A stretch of 64,000 nt of DNA, from contig JBEUKZ010000064.1 in NCBI GenBank assembly GCA_048128005.1, positions 310,001 to 374,000 of the forward strand, written 5' to 3'. The translations under genes and the position numbers were made by a program. This document shows positions 22,370-33,475 of the stretch, one piece after another. The first letter of the stretch is position 1. Each line of letters begins with the position of its first letter. The stretch is from Veleropilina oligotropha (taxonomy: Eukaryota). The notes beneath the pieces were generated by a model that saw only the letters and a program-made list of their open reading frames with translations, ran no database searches and was not told the origin of the DNA.

Positions 22370-24450
22370 TTTATAAGAGGAAATTGATTCACGAAGTTGA
22401 CGTAAAGAAATTAAGGTCAACCCACTGGAAATGTATCACAAATATGCACAGCACCTAATTATATCAATTTGAGCACTGGATGTCCATAGCAAGTACAACA
22501 ATAATAATTTGGTTGTGTTTAGTTGTGTTACAATTCATGCATTTCACCCAGTCGTTAAGTTTTTGGCGATGATTTACAATTAACATGATTAAACCTATTT
22601 ATTTTTCTGTTCTTCCTAAAAATGGGTCAGTGTTCATTTAAAATTCATCGTTGATATTTTTCTAGGCTACTCTGCTTTCAATACTTAATAGATGTTTTAT
22701 TACCAATTGGACATTCCAATTCAAGGTACCGTAATCGTCCCCGAGCACAAAAAGGTCATAATTAAGGGGGAACTAAATGTAGGAATTATTTTAAGTTCCA
22801 TTGACCTGTTGACTTCAGATATTATATGATTAAATATTAATTAAGATAATATGAAATACAGTGGTGTTGAAGTTGCCGGTATATTTATTCATAAACATTC
22901 GTAAATAATAATTTTGTTGCTTACAAATATGTACACCGCGACGCCCACTTTAACATCGACAGCGAAAGTGCAGGCGAGACCACGTGACGGGAACCCTTTA
23001 TAAATCTGTCAAATTTGCTAAATGAGCTGCACAGTTATTTACAAAATGAATTATTTACGTCGACTATCCGTTTGCTAGTAGAAATGTGAGGACGACGCTC
23101 GCTGAGGAATGCACTAACATCATCGCTCATAATATTTAATATTCTCGCTGATAATATTTAATATTCATGAGTTGTGCTATAAATAGATGCGGAATTCCCT
23201 GTTCTGTGGCGTGGTCCTTTCATTTCCACTCAACTCTCCTTCGCAGAAATGTGATTTAGCTCTTCTACATGGTTAGGAGTATACTTTCTCTTTTCTATTT
23301 TGAGACAGGGGGTTAACTTCGGGTAAAAGCGGGGAAAATAAATATTTACATGGATGGGCGAAGTATATTTGGGAAAGGTAACCGTAACTGATTAAATTCC
23401 TGTGGAAACCAATAATAAAGCATACTATAATAAAAGTATTGGATGTTTCCGTTATCTATGTAAGTAAAATATTCTCCAGCTGAGGCACGTATACTAAACT
23501 GGAATCAGCCGAGTGATTTCCGTGAACAGTCCTCAGACTCCTGTAATGTTTTCATGTACGATTTCTGCTCGAAAACCATATAATCACACATTTCTAATAG
23601 AACAATTTCTGCTACAATTTTTATTTATGTCGCCTTGACCATTTCCTTATATTCGTCGGCGACGTTGACATCATTATTCTAATTTGATGTCGCGAAGGCC
23701 ACATAAGGAAACAACCATATTTGGAAACAACAACAGCTCAGTGACCTGCGGCTATTATCCCGTGCAAAAATACCCCCTGTGATAACAGATTAATTTACAT
23801 CTATTCTATGATTAAACAGACTTATTTTTACACCTTTTTCGGATTTGTACAAACATAAACACAAAACGTTGGTGAAATATTTATATCTAGGCTTACGAAT
23901 ACTTTTTAGATCCATAACCTAATTTGATAGATAAATCGCTACTTTATGCAATAAGCCGATAGTGGGAATAGCCATGCAAATACCGCCGGTTTACCGAAGC
24001 AGTAACTTCATTATTTCAATCGCAAGTTACAGGTATTTTTGAAACAATTATAATTCAATGATACAGTGACAGTGTTTGTTACTAAATAGCATAATAGATA
24101 TGGGATATTGCGTGTAAAAGTAACAAATTCTACTACAGAAGTCGTTGCACCTTGGTAAATCGGAGGAACAAGTGGTGAAAGTGACCTGAATAATTGTCCA
24201 ATGAGAGTCCATAAAATGTCGATTCAGTGGAAAAATGCAAAATGTGGCTATACAGTCTTTGCTTCGCACGACTGCAAAAATAATCTAAAGTAGTTTACAA
24301 AGTCGTATTTTTAATAACATATATTACAGCCTTATTTTTACTTTCTTAGGTAATCCGTTTCCATTGGTATATTTAAAATAATTACTTCAGAAATGACACT
24401 CAAAAGCTAAAACTGGTCGTACATATATAAACTGGGCACATGCATATCGC

Positions 24451-25390
24451 TTAAAGATGCTGGATCTACATTCGTATGATATTTCATATAAAAGAAAACC
24501 ATAAATATGATATGGTATCCATACATGACATGTTTTTAGGACGAAGGAAAAGTTAAAATGCAACAAAAGGTGTTGCTGGCATTTAATAATCGCTTCAGCC
24601 GACGTGGTATTTTATTCGAGCGCAACAACCTCCGACAGCCATCTTATCTCATTTATCGTTATTGGGTCAAACGTCACGTGGTCCCGTCGATATGATTGAC
24701 GTCTGCAAGCAAATGCCAGTTCGCTGAAATTGATGTATTGCATAATGCCATTGGAAGATATAGCTAGTTTCTCATAATTGTAGTATATGGCAGCAATACT
24801 AACATAATAACAATATTTATTTCACCAACTAATTAGGCCTATTGCGCACCGCGACATTGTAATGGAATGGGCAATCACTGTTTCAAGTGCTTCACTGTTT
24901 GTTTACAAGTTGAAGTAGCCGCATCCAATTTTCATTGATCGCGTTATTTGTTATTTCAAATTTTTTGCATACATCCATTTTATAATCAGAAGCAGTCACA
25001 GTCGATAACGGCGGCCTGCCTCTATTTCTCTTGTCGACATCCGCCATGGAAACCGATATAAACAAAACTCAGACAAGGACGACATAGAAATGACCCGGTA
25101 TAAATAGATTGCGGGAGTGATTTTAGGGCGGAGCTAAGGGACGTGTTGATTCCGCCAAGCCGTCGTTCATTTCCGTACAAATATCTTGTACAATCGGCTC
25201 GAATTATGAGATCGATCTCATAATTCAATAAAAAAACTTCAAATATTTATTACTACGTGAAAAACAATTTTGCCGTGTGTGGTAATCGCTGAAGCGTCCT
25301 AACTATATGCAATAAATCAATGCAGAAAGTGTAAGATAGAACAGCATTTAAATACGTTTTAGCGATCTGAAGTAGATCCTGCATCTTTAA
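24451..25390. mobile_element. TTAA-flanked non-autonomous DNA transposon (Kolobok-like MITE)
   Basis: ttaaagatgctggatctac ... gtagatcctgcatctttaa. Confidence 0.7.
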
Positions 25391-25484
25391 TAATTTGGGA
25401 CTATTTTCGCAGTATTATGTGATTTCCAGAAGTAGTCCCTCAAAGTTAACGCAATATTAGATTAGTGAAAATGTCCTTTGTAAT

Positions 25485-26002
25485 AAACAAGAACGACGTG
25501 TTCGGAATATGTCGTGACCTTTGTCTGTTAGTTTCGCCAGTTTAACAGTTATATAATATATTAGTTTACATTATTTAAAAATTATTACGCATTCTAAAAT
25601 ATTTGTATGATAATGGCCTAATAGTATTTGTTTAATTGCCAATATTATGAATGATTGATTTTCTGTTAGCTGTGGATACAAAATATGACATCACACTTGT
25701 ATGACGTTCAATGGAAAATGACGTCAAAACCTGCGACAAAATGATGTCATGAAAATTGTTTTGTACTGTTTACTAGTATATAGGAATTATGCATAAAAAT
25801 TCCTGTTAAAAGCAAATTAAAAAAAATTTGTCATGAAAGTTATATACACAACCTACAAATAGTCGTGGGAATGTATGCACCAATTTTGGCAAAATTTGAG
25901 CCGGTAGTTTTCCAGTAAATCTGCGGATAGATATATATGTATATACATATGGACCTTTTGCTAATGTTGTGTCATTTTTTACAAAAAGGTCACGACATAA
26001 AA
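25485..26002 (+). mobile_element. HINE/DINE-like (non-autonomous Helentron-type) element directly adjoining E3
   Basis: Starts aaacaag. Inverted repeat atgtcgtgaccttt/aaaggtcacgacat, TA-rich microsatellite, 3' stem gaccttttg/caaaaaggtc, terminal A run. Confidence 0.55.
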
Positions 26003-26035
26003 ATGAGGTTTTAATGTAAACCTAATATTAGTATA

Positions 26036-26252
26036 AAACATACTTACGTCCTTACTCTTGCCATAATAGTAATATTATTGCCAAACCGGAAACAGTGAAT
26101 AAGTCACATTATGCACTATTAATAAGTCAAAGACGCAAAAACGTACCACGGTTACCTCCCCTGCTCCTCCTCCCCCACGTTCCCCCGCGAGACCTCGCCA
26201 AGTCTCGCGAGACTTCTGAACCATAGAAGTCACATGACATCAATTCAAAGTT
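26036..26252. repeat. E3 3' ITR
   Basis: Reverse complement of 33259-33475. Confidence 0.95.
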
Positions 26253-26313
26253 CAAAAACCACAAAGGAACGTAGTAGAGGGGAGGAATGCGAAACGCAGG
26301 GTGGGTAATCGTG

Positions 26314-26404
26314 GTAAGGACGTAAGTATGTTTTATACTAATATTAGGTTTACATTAAAACCTCATATATAGTTACAAACATACTTACGTCCTTACTCTT
26401 GCCA
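26314..26404. repeat. E3 ICR
   Basis: Complementary to both outer termini. Confidence 0.95.
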
Positions 26405-26469
26405 GAATAACCTTGGATAGGTGGGTAAGACGTTCCTTACAACAAACCCAAACAAGATAATGACTTACT

Positions 26470-26785
26470 TGTCACCAATTCAATCAGCATGAAGCGTCGA
26501 TTGTGTCCGCCTAGAGTGGAATTTTTACTGAGTATTATATTCTACTCTTACCAAGCGAGAATTTCGACCAGTGTTACCGGGAGAATACGCCGTGGTATTA
26601 GTCGGACGAGGTGAACGGAAGTGCAATCAGCCCCAGGCACGGCCGGAAGGATAAATCCCTGTAGGTCTTACGTGTCATGGACCAGTGGCAGCCAAATGGG
26701 ACTCCGGGCCTATAGGCCGGTAGCCAGAGGATGCAGTCGGATTTGTAAGCACACGGAACCTAACAGGTTGTGAAAGCTTTAAATC
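26470..26785 (+). ncRNA. Candidate structured non-coding domain of E3
   Basis: Nearly identical to the E2 domain. Confidence 0.6.
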
Positions 26786-27240
26786 AAAAGCAAAGAATTA
26801 ATAGATTATTATAAATAATCGATATTAATAAGTAATTCGCATGACCAACTTGCGAACGCTAACATGGACGACGTCACTTAAAATAAATTTTAAGGAAGCA
26901 AAAAATGTTCGACATGTTACTTAAAAATAAATGTTAAGGAATCAACATTTTTTAAAAATGTATTGAACATCGTATGTTCGATTACAGCAAAGAACATAAT
27001 AATATTGAACCTTAATCTTTTTAAGATTTGTGCAAAATTATAAAAGTTGTTTTATTAAATTCAATGTAATCTGGCTGTCAGCTGCTCAGGTCTGACATGA
27101 AAAGTACAAAATCTTAAATTAGATTTAAGAAATGAACAGACATTGAACTGCCTCGTAGGTGTTAATTTTCGTAGCACCGTTGGCCAACAAAAATAAAATG
27201 GCGTCAGTAAATATGCAAATGATCAATCAGAGAACAATAC

Positions 27241-30225
27241 TTACTGATTAGAAGACCTCGGTCTAACAATAACCCTTTGTGCAGCAACACACTGTAAGCT
27301 GCTCAGGCCATCAGCACCTGTTGAGTAGTCCCGCAGATAATGTTTGACAAACACATTAGCGTTTTTCCAATATCCAGCCTGGAGTAACGCATTGATATTT
27401 AAATTATGTCGGAATGCTACAGACGCGGCAATTGCCCGGACTTCATGTGCGCGGACCGATAAAATAGTTCGGTCGTCGTCATCACAACGGATGTAAACAT
27501 CTCTCACAGTTTGTGAAATCCACCGCGAAACAGTTGTCCTCGTAATGTCGCGGGTGTAAGTAGGTAAATACGATACGAATAAACGTAATTTCCCTGTCCG
27601 CATTTCACGGGTTCTGTCTAGGTAGAAGCGAAGCGCCCGTACCGGGCAATTGAGGCGGTCTGCATCGTGCCGTCCGACTAGCGTTAGCTTGGGAATAACA
27701 ACATCAGGTGCGTCCTCGTTCGGCCGTTGGTTCTTGGCTAGAAAGCCAAGAATAGGACGCAGTATCACCGACCCGTCTGACTGGAATCGTATATCTCTTA
27801 GCTCGGAGGAGAAAGCATGGATCTCGGAACAACGCCTGCCCGACGCTAAGGCGATCAGAAAAACCGTTTTGTGCGTCAAGTTCCTCATGGTTATCTCGGA
27901 CATCGGCTCATACGGGGGTAAGAGTAATGCGTTAAGAATAAGTACGATATTCCAGGCAGGTGGCTTAATTCTTCGGGTCGGTATCTCGAGTTCGTAAGAT
28001 CGTATAAAATCTGATATCGTTCGGTCGCTTGATAGGCCAGCATGGGCACGACACTGCTTTAGCGTGGTCGCGATCGTTGCCCGATAGCCTTTGACGGCGG
28101 ACACTGACATACCGCGGTCGAAGAGCGACGATAAAAACTCGATAAACTTGTTCACAGGGGGACGGAGTATATTGACCTGCCTGCTGTGACACCAATCCAC
28201 GTACTTAACCCATCGGTAGTCATAGACTTTTGTAGTGGAAATCCTTCTCGATCGATAGATACGTAAGGCTGTAGCTTTAGAAAATCCTTTCTTAGCAAGG
28301 GATCGTTCGATAACCGCCAGGCGTGTAAACGTAAGTGGTTCGGCGACTCGTGGAGTACACGGGAGCGTGGTTGCATTAACAGGTCTAGTTTCTGCGGTAA
28401 CGCTAACGGTCGATCGACGATCAGATCGAGGAGGGTCGGAAACCAAGGTTGCGTGCGATACAGGGGCGCTATTAGCGTTATCTCGCAACGTTCGGTCGCT
28501 GCCTTCTGTAATACCAGTGATAGAATGCACGTCGGGGGGAAGGCATACGCGGACAGATTCTCCCATGTCATTGACATTGCGTCGACCGCTAGGGCGGCCG
28601 GGTCTGGGTACGGGGAGACATACAGAGGTAGTCGGTAATTGAATTCTGTTGCAAACAAATCGACTTGGGGTTGCGACCACCGGCGGCAAACATCCCGAGC
28701 TACTCGGCTGTGTAGCGTCCACTCTGTGTGTATTATCTGTGATCTCCGAGAGAGCGAATCCGCTCTGACATTCAGCTTTCCCGGGATGTGTCGGGCTCGA
28801 ATCGTCGAGTTGAGGGACATCACTAAGCGGTGTAGGTCTATTGCTCGGTCGCATAGGGGACGCGAGCGAGTACCGCCCTGGTGCTGTATGTAAGCGACGA
28901 CAGTCGTGTTGTCCGTGGCGAGCATGATATGCTTGTTGCGGAGATGTAACGAGAGGGACCGTACTGACAGGAAGACAGCTTCTAACTCTAGGAAGTTGAT
29001 ATGTCGTCCCTGAAGGTCTGTCGGCCATAGGCCTGATGTCTCGTAACTGTCGAGGTGACCACCCCAGCCGTCGTTCGAAGCGTCTGTGAACAGGTAAGCG
29101 TTCGGCTCTGGTGGGGATATAGGAACCGACTGGTCCGGCAAAGCGGGGTTCAACCACACTGCTGTCGTGTCGGTAAACCAATGCCGTAGATCGATGCGAT
29201 CCGTCCACTGCCCCGTCCGTTGTATCCAGCGATCCCTGAACGCCTGTTGTAACGGTCTTTTGTCCATGCGACCCGTCGGTAGCAGGGGCGCTACCGACTC
29301 GATGTGCCCCAGGACAGTGGCCAGTTGTCGCGCCGTAGTTATGTCCGATGACAGGGTGTCTTGGATAACCGCGCGTAGGTTCCGCATACGCTTCTGGGTC
29401 GGCTTCGCGGTGTACCGGACCGTATCGAAGTCGACTCCGAGGAACGTAAACGTCGTCGAGGGCACGAAGCAGGATTTTGTCTCGTTGATCTGAAATCCCA
29501 GGCGCTTCGTCGATGACAGGGTAAAGCTCGTAGACCGGAGGCACAGATCCCGGGACGCCCCGAGGATCAGCCAGTCGTCGAGGTACATATGTACCCTGTG
29601 CCCTAGAGAGTGTAGGAAGGCCCCTAGGGCCTGTACTGTTCTCGTGAAGACGTACGGGGCTGACGATAGACCGAACGGTAGGCACCTGAATTGGTAGATC
29701 GTCTTCCCGTGTATAAACCGAAGGTACTGATGAGCCGTGACATGCATCGGGACATGCAGATACGCGTCGGCGAGATCGATAGACGCTGCCCAGTCGCCCG
29801 GACGGATGGCCGCTCGAATCTTCGAGAGGGTTTCTTGCTGGAATTTCTCGGTACGAAGATATCGGTTTAGGTACGAGAGATCGAGGATCGGTCTCCAGCG
29901 GCCATCGGGTTTCGGGACCAGGAAGAAATGGCTGTAAAATCCTGGTGTGCTGGGCGGCGCGGGATATATCGCTCTTTTTAGGAGCAAATCCCGCACTGCC
30001 TGGTCTAAGACCGCTTGTTTCTCTCCGTTTAGGAGTCGAGCGTGTCTTGTTGGTGGTGCCTCGGTTAAGGTCGGATGCCGGTTGAATGCCAACTTGTATC
30101 CGGCACTCACGACTAAGTGGACCCAGTTGCTGTCTGTCAGCTCTAGCCAGGGCTGGCTGTGTGCTAACAGGCACGCTCCCACCGGCGGGAGCGGGCAACT
30201 GGGGCCGTCGCGAATGCCGGCAGCC
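27241..30225 (-). CDS. E3 tyrosine recombinase ORF (in frame with gag; ~2 kb overlap with pol; start uncertain)
   Basis: Open frame with R (GRRCSEI), K (LAKNQ), HxxR (AHEVRA), W (GYWK), Y (FVKHY). Confidence 0.9.
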   Translation of the reverse strand, partial: GCRHSRRPQLPAPAGGSVPVSTQPALARADRQQLGPLSRECRIQVGIQPASDLNRGTTNKTRSTPKRRETSGLRPGSAGFAPKKSDISRAAQHTRILQPFLPGPETRWPLETDPRSLVPKPISSYREIPARNPLEDSSGHPSGRLGSVYRSRRRVSACPDACHGSSVPSVYTREDDLPIQVPTVRSIVSPVRLHENSTGPRGLPTLSRAQGTYVPRRLADPRGVPGSVPPVYELYPVIDEAPGISDQRDKILLRALDDVYVPRSRLRYGPVHREADPEAYAEPTRGYPRHPVIGHNYGATTGHCPGAHRVGSAPATDGSHGQKTVTTGVQGSLDTTDGAVDGSHRSTALVYRHDSSVVEPRFAGPVGSYIPTRAERLPVHRRFERRLGWSPRQLRDIRPMADRPSGTTYQLPRVRSCLPVSTVPLVTSPQQAYHARHGQHDCRRLHTAPGRYSLASPMRPSNRPTPLSDVPQLDDSSPTHPGKAECQSGFALSEITDNTHRVDATQPSSSGCLPPVVATPSRFVCNRIQLPTTSVCLPVPRPGRPSGRRNVNDMGESVRVCLPPDVHSITGITEGSDRTLRDNANSAPVSHATLVSDPPRSDRRSTVSVTAETRPVNATTLPCTPRVAEPLTFTRLAVIERSLAKKGFSKATALRIYRSRRISTTKVYDYRWVKYVDWCHSRQVNILRPPVNKFIEFLSSLFDRGMSVSAVKGYRATIATTLKQCRAHAGLSSDRTISDFIRSYELEIPTRRIKPPAWNIVLILNALLLPPYEPMSEITMRNLTHKTVFLIALASGRRCSEIHAFSSELRDIRFQSDGSVILRPILGFLAKNQRPNEDAPDVVIPKLTLVGRHDADRLNCPVRALRFYLDRTREMRTGKLRLFVSYLPTYTRDITRTTVSRWISQTVRDVYIRCDDDDRTILSVRAHEVRAIAASVAFRHNLNINALLQAGYWKNANVFVKHYLRDYSTGADGLSSLQCVAAQRVIVRPRSSNQ

Positions 30226-30434
30226 CTAGGGCCGAGGCTTCCCTCTCCCGCTCTGCTTGCGGGATTTCGTTGGAGGTGCTTGCCTCTTTGGAGTGGGTTT
30301 ATTGGCCGGAGGCCTACCACCCGAAGAGGGCTTCGCACGCTTAGAAGGCTTCGGGGCCGGGGTGGGCCCGGAGCGCTTCTTCGAGTTGGCAGGTGGACCC
30401 CGGGTGGGGAGCAGTACTGCCTTCTCGATGGCAC
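28152..30434 (-). CDS. E3 pol: RT-RNase H-methyltransferase-like
   Basis: Open 760-codon frame with YLDD, FTDAS, NFLELEAV, TDNTT, ADSLSR, DLFA, YAFPP. Confidence 0.92.
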   Translation of the reverse strand: MPSRRQYCSPPGVHLPTRRSAPGPPRPRSLLSVRSPLRVVGLRPINPLQRGKHLQRNPASRAGEGSLGPRAAGIRDGPSCPLPPVGACLLAHSQPWLELTDSNWVHLVVSAGYKLAFNRHPTLTEAPPTRHARLLNGEKQAVLDQAVRDLLLKRAIYPAPPSTPGFYSHFFLVPKPDGRWRPILDLSYLNRYLRTEKFQQETLSKIRAAIRPGDWAASIDLADAYLHVPMHVTAHQYLRFIHGKTIYQFRCLPFGLSSAPYVFTRTVQALGAFLHSLGHRVHMYLDDWLILGASRDLCLRSTSFTLSSTKRLGFQINETKSCFVPSTTFTFLGVDFDTVRYTAKPTQKRMRNLRAVIQDTLSSDITTARQLATVLGHIESVAPLLPTGRMDKRPLQQAFRDRWIQRTGQWTDRIDLRHWFTDTTAVWLNPALPDQSVPISPPEPNAYLFTDASNDGWGGHLDSYETSGLWPTDLQGRHINFLELEAVFLSVRSLSLHLRNKHIMLATDNTTVVAYIQHQGGTRSRPLCDRAIDLHRLVMSLNSTIRARHIPGKLNVRADSLSRRSQIIHTEWTLHSRVARDVCRRWSQPQVDLFATEFNYRLPLYVSPYPDPAALAVDAMSMTWENLSAYAFPPTCILSLVLQKAATERCEITLIAPLYRTQPWFPTLLDLIVDRPLALPQKLDLLMQPRSRVLHESPNHLRLHAWRLSNDPLLRKDFLKLQPYVSIDREGFPLQKSMTTDGLSTWIGVTAGRSIYSVPL

Positions 30435-32478
30435 GGTCCTTCATGTCCGCCGCTCTCTTGTCAACAAACTCCGAAAAGTTGTCACCAAAGACAGTGGTGG
30501 CCGAGCAAGGTACGCATCGCAACGAGCGCCGGGTGGGCTCGTCCAGCGGGGTACCTTCCAGGCAAGCATCCCTACGAAGTAGGAGGGCATTGCCCAGGAC
30601 ACGTCCCGTCTCCAACGCGCTGGTCTCCTGCGCGGCAGCAACCTCCTGGAGGAAGGACAGGGCAGCCTCGGTGGCGCCGGGTCCATTCTCCTGTAGTACG
30701 GCTATCGCGCCGTCCAAGAAAAAGTCCTGAACAGACGATAGCCGTAGAGCCCGTCGGGCGGCGCTCTCGAAAGCTTCCAAGGCGGACCAAGGAACTTTCG
30801 CTACGGAGGGAGTGTGACTGGCGGTCAGTCGACGCAACGAAGCGTCAACACGAGCCGGCTCAGTCGCCAGGCACGGACCAGTGCATTCGAACGGGATCGC
30901 TCGAGTACTGGCCCGGAGGTACCTCCCACTACGGAACCCCGAAGGGAACTCGTTCAGCGGGGAGGACTCCACCGGATTGCGCCCCTGAACGAGCTTGGTG
31001 ATCGAGTCTACAACCAGATCTACCAGCCCGGACTGAGGTAAGGAGGGGAGCTCGGGGGCTTCCCTACTGACAAACCGATGTGCTGCCGTCCTATGCTTGG
31101 CTACGTCTACAGCCGACCGAGTCGGTTCCGACAAGCCAAGCACCCCGCGAAGTGACGCAACGGCGTCGAGCCTTCGGCGGGTGGAGGAGGTCGGCTCCTG
31201 CGTGCCTGTAAGACTAATGTCTTCGGGCCCGACCGATTCAGGGAGGTCGGTGTGATTGGAACCGAGGTCCTCGTCGGAACGAGGGTCGATGTCCATCACT
31301 GAGGCAGGAGCCGTGCTCTGCGCCATGGGCAGATGTGTAGGTACCTGGTGCGGCTCGGGAGCCGTCGGCCAGGCCTTACACCGTTCCTCGATCCCCGCCG
31401 CGATCCATGCCTGGACGTTCTCAAAAGAGAAACCCGAAGGCAGGACGGGCGACGAACTAACAGCCGGTAGTTCTGTCGAGGTAACCGTGGCGCTAGGTAG
31501 ACGGGCTGCACGGACAGGTGGTACCGAGGACCAGGGTCCACGGGCACTTGTCGAGGGGTCGAACCCGAAGGACTGGCCCGAAGGCACAGTCAGTGGGCCG
31601 GACGACCGATAGGACTGCGGCAACAGTTCTGATCGGTCTACCACTCTGTTCGAGCGAGGCACGGACGGAAAACCGCCGTAGAACCCCGTCCCGAACGCAG
31701 CCGGTCTGTCCACGTTCTCTAGCGTGACCACGGTGGGTGCACGGGAGAGATCGGGCCCTCTGAATGTCTCGTGAGCTTCGAGGTTGAGCGGAAAACCCCT
31801 AGGGGAAGTCGCATCGTTCTCGACCGAGGATTCAGGTTTCGCCGATTGTCCGAGTCTTAGACCTACAAGTAGGTGCCCGGCCTCTTTAAAGGCTTTCTCT
31901 GCATTGGGTCTGTCACCGTAGGAAGACGGTGAGTTTCCCGCAGAAGGACTAACTGTCCCCTTATTCTTCGAGGCCGAAGAAAAGGATGGGGATAGTCTGC
32001 CCTGTTCAGCTGTTCGCTGCGCTGTCATGTATACCTTGCTAGCCGGCAAGGTATGGCTGACTGCAGTTACTAGGCCCAGTTGTGGAGGAACGGTCGACAC
32101 TCGGGTCTTTACCTGAATCTGGGGTACCGGCAAGGTTTCGGTGACTCCCCGAAGAGTCGCGGAGGTTTCGCCGGTGGATCCGGCGACAGACGTCCCCTTG
32201 TGTCGGCTGTCGTCCAGCGTCCCTGAAGCAGACAATGAAGAAACATTATGTTTTAACTTACCGGTCTCTTCATGACCCTTCTCCGGGGGAGGACCCACCG
32301 TGGCAGCCGCCCTGGTCGACTTACCCTGGTGAGACAGGACTGCCCACTGCTTATCTGATAGAAGAAAGCACAGATCACATTGATGTTGTATATTACAGCT
32401 ACGGTGAATACGACATTCCTTGTGCCTATCAAATCCGTGAATTTTCTGGTTACACCCGGAGCTACTGCACCGGACCAT
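30226..32478 (-). CDS. E3 gag-like
   Basis: Open frame, near-identical to E2 gag. Confidence 0.9.
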   Translation of the reverse strand: MVRCSSSGCNQKIHGFDRHKECRIHRSCNIQHQCDLCFLLSDKQWAVLSHQGKSTRAAATVGPPPEKGHEETGKLKHNVSSLSASGTLDDSRHKGTSVAGSTGETSATLRGVTETLPVPQIQVKTRVSTVPPQLGLVTAVSHTLPASKVYMTAQRTAEQGRLSPSFSSASKNKGTVSPSAGNSPSSYGDRPNAEKAFKEAGHLLVGLRLGQSAKPESSVENDATSPRGFPLNLEAHETFRGPDLSRAPTVVTLENVDRPAAFGTGFYGGFPSVPRSNRVVDRSELLPQSYRSSGPLTVPSGQSFGFDPSTSARGPWSSVPPVRAARLPSATVTSTELPAVSSSPVLPSGFSFENVQAWIAAGIEERCKAWPTAPEPHQVPTHLPMAQSTAPASVMDIDPRSDEDLGSNHTDLPESVGPEDISLTGTQEPTSSTRRRLDAVASLRGVLGLSEPTRSAVDVAKHRTAAHRFVSREAPELPSLPQSGLVDLVVDSITKLVQGRNPVESSPLNEFPSGFRSGRYLRASTRAIPFECTGPCLATEPARVDASLRRLTASHTPSVAKVPWSALEAFESAARRALRLSSVQDFFLDGAIAVLQENGPGATEAALSFLQEVAAAQETSALETGRVLGNALLLRRDACLEGTPLDEPTRRSLRCVPCSATTVFGDNFSEFVDKRAADMKDRAIEKAVLLPTRGPPANSKKRSGPTPAPKPSKRAKPSSGGRPPANKPTPKRQAPPTKSRKQSGRGKPRP

Positions 32479-33258
32479 AGCTAAATACACGGGCGGGTGG
32501 ACATGGGTAGACGGGGTAGGTAAATAGGTATATGTATGGTAGTTGTGACTTCTTTCCTTTGGATGGAGTACTACGACAACTCACAGAATTGTCCTGATCT
32601 GAAGATCAAAGATCAAGCGATATACCGTTAATAAGACCCCGAACTGGGAACACCGAGGTCGGGTATTTTACCCGACCGACCCGGTAACCCGGCAAATTGA
32701 CTAAAACAAACGGTGGTTCTTTCCTCGAAAAAACAGCCCAGAAAACACCTGAAAACCTCGTGGATGTTTTTATGTTAGTACAATGGCGTATTATCCCAGC
32801 AACGGCAGGATATCAGAAAAAACGCAAGCGTGATATCAAAAGATCCTGCCTTTTAACAACGCTAGAAATTTTTTATATAATAATAAATAACCAGCAAATA
32901 GCGTTGTTAAGGAATTATCCAATATAATGAGTTACCTGTTTGCAGTCTCAAACAATATCAGATAAATATACCGACCAGAAATTTCAGCTAAACTCGAAAC
33001 TTTCCCTCTAAGCGGCCATTTTTAACAGCCACGGCGTCCTTGACGACGATGTCGGTTTCACTTGATGTCCAGAACTTCCTCGAAGTTTTGAGAATCACTC
33101 TTCTTATATTCACTTGTGTTTTATATCCACAACACAGGGTTATATTCCACTACTTATAATCGATATAAGTAGAATACTGCGCCCAGATTTAACATGAAAT
33201 CGGGCGCCTATTTCGAAATATTTGCGGAGCAAAACAACGTCTTTCCGCGGTAGCGGAA

Positions 33259-33475
33259 AACTTTGAATTGATGTCATGTGACTTCTATGGTTCAGAAGTC
33301 TCGCGAGACTTGGCGAGGTCTCGCGGGGGAACGTGGGGGAGGAGGAGCAGGGGAGGTAACCGTGGTACGTTTTTGCGTCTTTGACTTATTAATAGTGCAT
33401 AATGTGACTTATTCACTGTTTCCGGTTTGGCAATAATATTACTATTATGGCAAGAGTAAGGACGTAAGTATGTTT
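33259..33475. repeat. E3 5' ITR
   Basis: Reverse complement of 26036-26252. Confidence 0.95.
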
